From contig NC_052158.1 in the NCBI RefSeq assembly GCF_902713615.1, forward strand, positions 30,297,990 to 30,361,989: 64,000 nt of DNA, written 5' to 3'. Positions 60,599 to 64,000 of this stretch are shown one piece after another. Made by a program: the position numbers and the translations under genes. Position 1 is the stretch's first letter. The number at the start of each line of letters is the position of its first letter. The notes under the pieces are model-generated. The model ran no database searches, was not told the DNA's origin, and saw only the letters and a program-made list of their open reading frames with translations. Source of the stretch: Scyliorhinus canicula (lineage: Eukaryota).

Positions 60599-63500
60599 AC
60601 TTTAGAAATAAGATATCCGAATGAGTTGCGTATGGGCCGCGACGGGTAAGATTTGGATAGAATCCCCGGGTAGGGCGTGCTGTGCTGTACCCGAGCTTTG
60701 CTGACCAGAGGGGGGTCCTCAGACAGGGCGGGTCCTCAATGCCGTTTCTCCACTGCCTGAGCGACCTGGAATGAACGGGCATGAATGTGGTCATCGTGGA
60801 TTTGCAGCCTCTATTCCCAGAATAGAGGGGCTCCTTAAAAAAGGGGGAGCCAAGATGCTTCTAGTGGGGTGAAGGATGAAGACTTAAGTTGGGCTCCAGA
60901 CATTGCAGCTGAGTCAAGTTCTCAGAGATATCTGCGGACAAACTAACGTGCATGTGAGGTGGTCACAAACTTTTCAGCTGAAAATCGTGCGGCCAATCTC
61001 CAAAAACAAACATTAACAAACGAACAAACATCACCAAACATTCGTGCCGGTTCCATCAGAAAGGACACCGTTCATCTCTCAAGCGATGCCTCTTTTTACA
61101 TCATCTGGACACCTCAATTCTCTTCATCCTCTGCAAACACGGTCGCAAAGGGGTTGCCGTGTCGGGAGTCAGACCCAGAGTCATCCTCTTCTCCGGGATC
61201 CCATACCCGTGTATGGATCAGGCATGCAATCATAGCGTTATGTGACCGGGGGTCACTCTCGTCATTTCGGACAAGTCTCCAAGAATTGTCACTGTGCCAA
61301 AGTGTGGGGTCTAAATTTGTATGCGCGTTGTCGGGGTCGTCATACTGGAGCAGTGGGGCTGGGTGTAGGTCTGGTGTTTTAATGTAAGTGATTTCCAAAT
61401 CACTGTAGTCGGGGTCGTAGTTGGTGTGTGTGGGATCTGTTGTATCAGGGCAGTAGAGAGGCGTGCTGTGGCTGTCGTCAAAGTCACAGTCGCTGTCTCT
61501 GCTGTGGCAGCTTGTGGGTGTTTCGGGGCGTGGTCTGAAGTCAGGGGCGGAGTCGAGGTCGAGTCCGATGAGGTGCTGGTCTGTGAGGGGGAGAGTGGAA
61601 ATGTGTCTCTTGTGGGCGGGGCGTGGTGTTCTGCTGCGTCTAGCAGGACATGGTGTGAGTGGTTGGACTGTGTTCCATATGCCTTTAACTCGTTGATATG
61701 GAACCAGGCAGACTTCCCGTTGGGGTACTTTATCTTGTAAACTGAAGGGCTGATTTTGTCTGCAATTGAGTATGGGCCGGAAAATTTTGGGGCCAAAATC
61801 GTGCTGGGGTTATAAACAGATAACATGAGCTGTTGTCCAACCTGGAACTCTGTGGAATGTACTGTCCTGTCGAAATAAGCCTTGCTCTGTTACCTTTTCT
61901 TTCCCAATTTAACTGCGGCTGCTAACTGAGCCGACCTTACAGTTTCCACTAATTGCTTTACTACTGTCTCGTGTGTGAGGGCCGTCACTTATGGGCTGGT
62001 GATGTCGAGTCCTAAAAGGAATTCAGATCCTTTCATGGGGCGTCCGGACATGAGTGTGTGTGGGGTGAAACCTATTGATGCTGAAACAGTATTTCTTAAA
62101 AACATAAGTGCGAATGGGAGCACTAAATCCCAAGTGGTATTGTTTTCCTGGACCATCTTTCGAAGGGTCGATTTTAGAGTCCGATTCATGCATTCCACGA
62201 TACAACTGGACTGGGGGTGGTACGCAATGTGGAAATTTTGTTTAATGCCGAATATGGTCAGGACGTTTTTCATGACCGATTCTGTAAAATGAGATCCCTG
62301 GTCCGACTCAATACTTCTGGGGAGTCCCCATCTAGTAAAGATGTGGTGGGTCAGGATATTTGCGGTCGTTTTTGCTGTGTTTGTTTGAGATGGGAATGCC
62401 TCTACCCATTTCGTGAACGTGTCTATGACCACCAGTACGTATTTATAGCTATTCCTGCAAGGGGGCAATGGACTTATAAAATCGATCTGGAGGTTTGTCG
62501 AGGGGCCATTAACGGGGCGAGTGTGGCTGAGTTGTGCCTCCTTAGAATACCTCTCCGGGTTATTCTGTGTACAAATCAAACAGTTCTCTATGTAGTGCGT
62601 TACATTGTCTCTTAAATTGGGCCACCAACAGAGCTGCCTCAGGTGGGCTGTGGTAGGGTCGATCCATGGATGTCCAAAACAATCATGGACAAGGCAATCA
62701 TTTGATTCCTGTCTTTCTCAGGAACCTCATACAACTTGTCTTTGATAACCACACCCTCGTGTATGGTCAGAGCGTGTTTAAACTTGCCGTAACGTGGCAA
62801 AAACTTTCCTCTACTAATCTCCCTGAGATTGCTGTCCTGTTTTTATGCCTGTACTAGGTCCTCAATGTCTGCCTGTGAGACCTGAACAGAACTCACAGGG
62901 GCGCTAGCTGGTGCACTAGCTGGGGGTGTCCAAAAATGTCCGTGCCTTGAACCTGCTTTTGCCAGGGGGGGGGGGGGGATGACCGATGGTGACTTCTACC
63001 TTTAATGATGCCATAAGTCCTCTCCTTTGCCTGTTCTAGGATTTGGCGGAGCAATTGGGCTGATGGAAGGGGCTTACCATCTGTGGAAACAAAACCTCTT
63101 GTCCTCCACATGGGTAGAAAATCTGTTAGGCTGTTACAGACATATAAGCTATCCGAATATATATCTGCTGGGCTGGGGAACGAAGCTGGGTGATCCACTA
63201 TGTATGCAATGGCCACGAGCTCTGCTGCCTGCGCGCCTAAGTGACCGGGTAACATTAATGCTATCTCCTCTAGTGCGTGTCCCTGTGCACCTTCCACATA
63301 AATTCCACATCCAGTAATGCGTTCGCCATCTAAAACAGTGGATGAACCATCCACATAAATCTTCAAAGGGGCACACATGTCTGCGTGCTGGGGGCTTTGA
63401 GTTGAACTTCCTATCTTCCTGGGGGGACGTTTTTGCAATGAAGGATCCTGTCTTGTGGAGGGGGGCTACTATTTCGCAATCATGGGGTTGTCCTGGGTAT

Positions 63501-64000
63501 TGGAGGTTGTCTGCTAAAAATGTGTGTGTCCTGGTCCGTTTAACTGTTATGTCCCGTCCCTGTAAAAGAAGTGTCCACTTAGCTGCTCTAATCTGGCTCA
63601 CTGAACCGTCCTTCTGTCGTCCGTCCAATAGAAGCTGTGTGGGGGTGTGTTCGGTCAAAATGGTGATGGGGTTGAGTCCGGTAATGTAAGAAACGTATTG
63701 TACTGCCCAGAATACAGCGAGTAGGTGCCTTTCGCAGGCTGAAAATCCTTGCTCTACTGGGTCTAACAGTCTGGAGGCATAAGCCACTGGTTGTAGCTGC
63801 TCGTGCCGTTCCTGAAGGAGCACGGCTGAGAGGGTCAGATCTGTGCTTGCTACCTCAATTGCATAGGGGGAGAGTGGGTCTGGAACTTGTAGTGCAGGTG
63901 CTGCGCTAAGGGCTTTCTTTAAATCTTCCACAGCCTCTGTATGCTGCGGAAGCGATTCCCAAGGGGCTCCTTTCTTAAGGAGGTCTGAAAGTGGTGCTGC

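Larger units (their letters stand above)
58626..64000 (-). mobile_element. retrovirus-like LTR element with dual RNase H, runs off the window end
   Basis: RT thumb plus degenerate RH/tether (63149-63931), second RNase H DGSS..AQAAEL..YSDSLY (62893-63438), integrase IDF..SDQGSHF..YHPQSS (61989-62579), GPY/F motif (KFSGPY), PPT AAGGAGGGAG at 59533-59542, 3' LTR. Confidence 0.93.

Noticed and set aside
60576-60794. 72-aa minus-strand ORF as a third accessory gene of the retrovirus-like element
   Set aside because: Short, no recognisable features; cannot be distinguished from chance without other copies
407-63931. Most ORFs in the supplied track, including recurrent [28 protein letters not shown] peptides
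   Set aside because: Translations of SINEs, antisense frames of LINEs or LTR elements, or poly-C/G runs; not genes

Overview
Eukaryotic, repeat-dense genomic DNA from a cartilaginous fish. The SINE and LINE families suggest a shark, possibly a Scyliorhinus catshark (inference). Most of the window is transposable elements: V-SINEs, a short (TTTCA)n-tailed SINE, CR1, L1/Tx1, Rex1, three LTR elements and Penelope-type relics. The unique sequence holds a tandem cluster of NKp30/NCR3-like single-V-domain receptor genes that the ORF track largely misses. One is an apparently intact + strand gene of about 200 aa, with leader 24331-24379, V exon 27963-28313, Arg-containing TM exon 35204-35336 and tail exon 37466-37535. 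The other is a divergent upstream pseudogene V exon (13896-14232) with a frameshift and a Trp-to-stop change. At the right end is a minus-strand retrovirus-like element with two RNase H domains. Where env would be, it carries two small overlapping ORFs, one encoding a mucin-like type I membrane protein. Decayed hammerhead ribozyme motifs occur at about 49.1 and 58.5 kb. All alignments and motif calls were made by eye; no database search was run.
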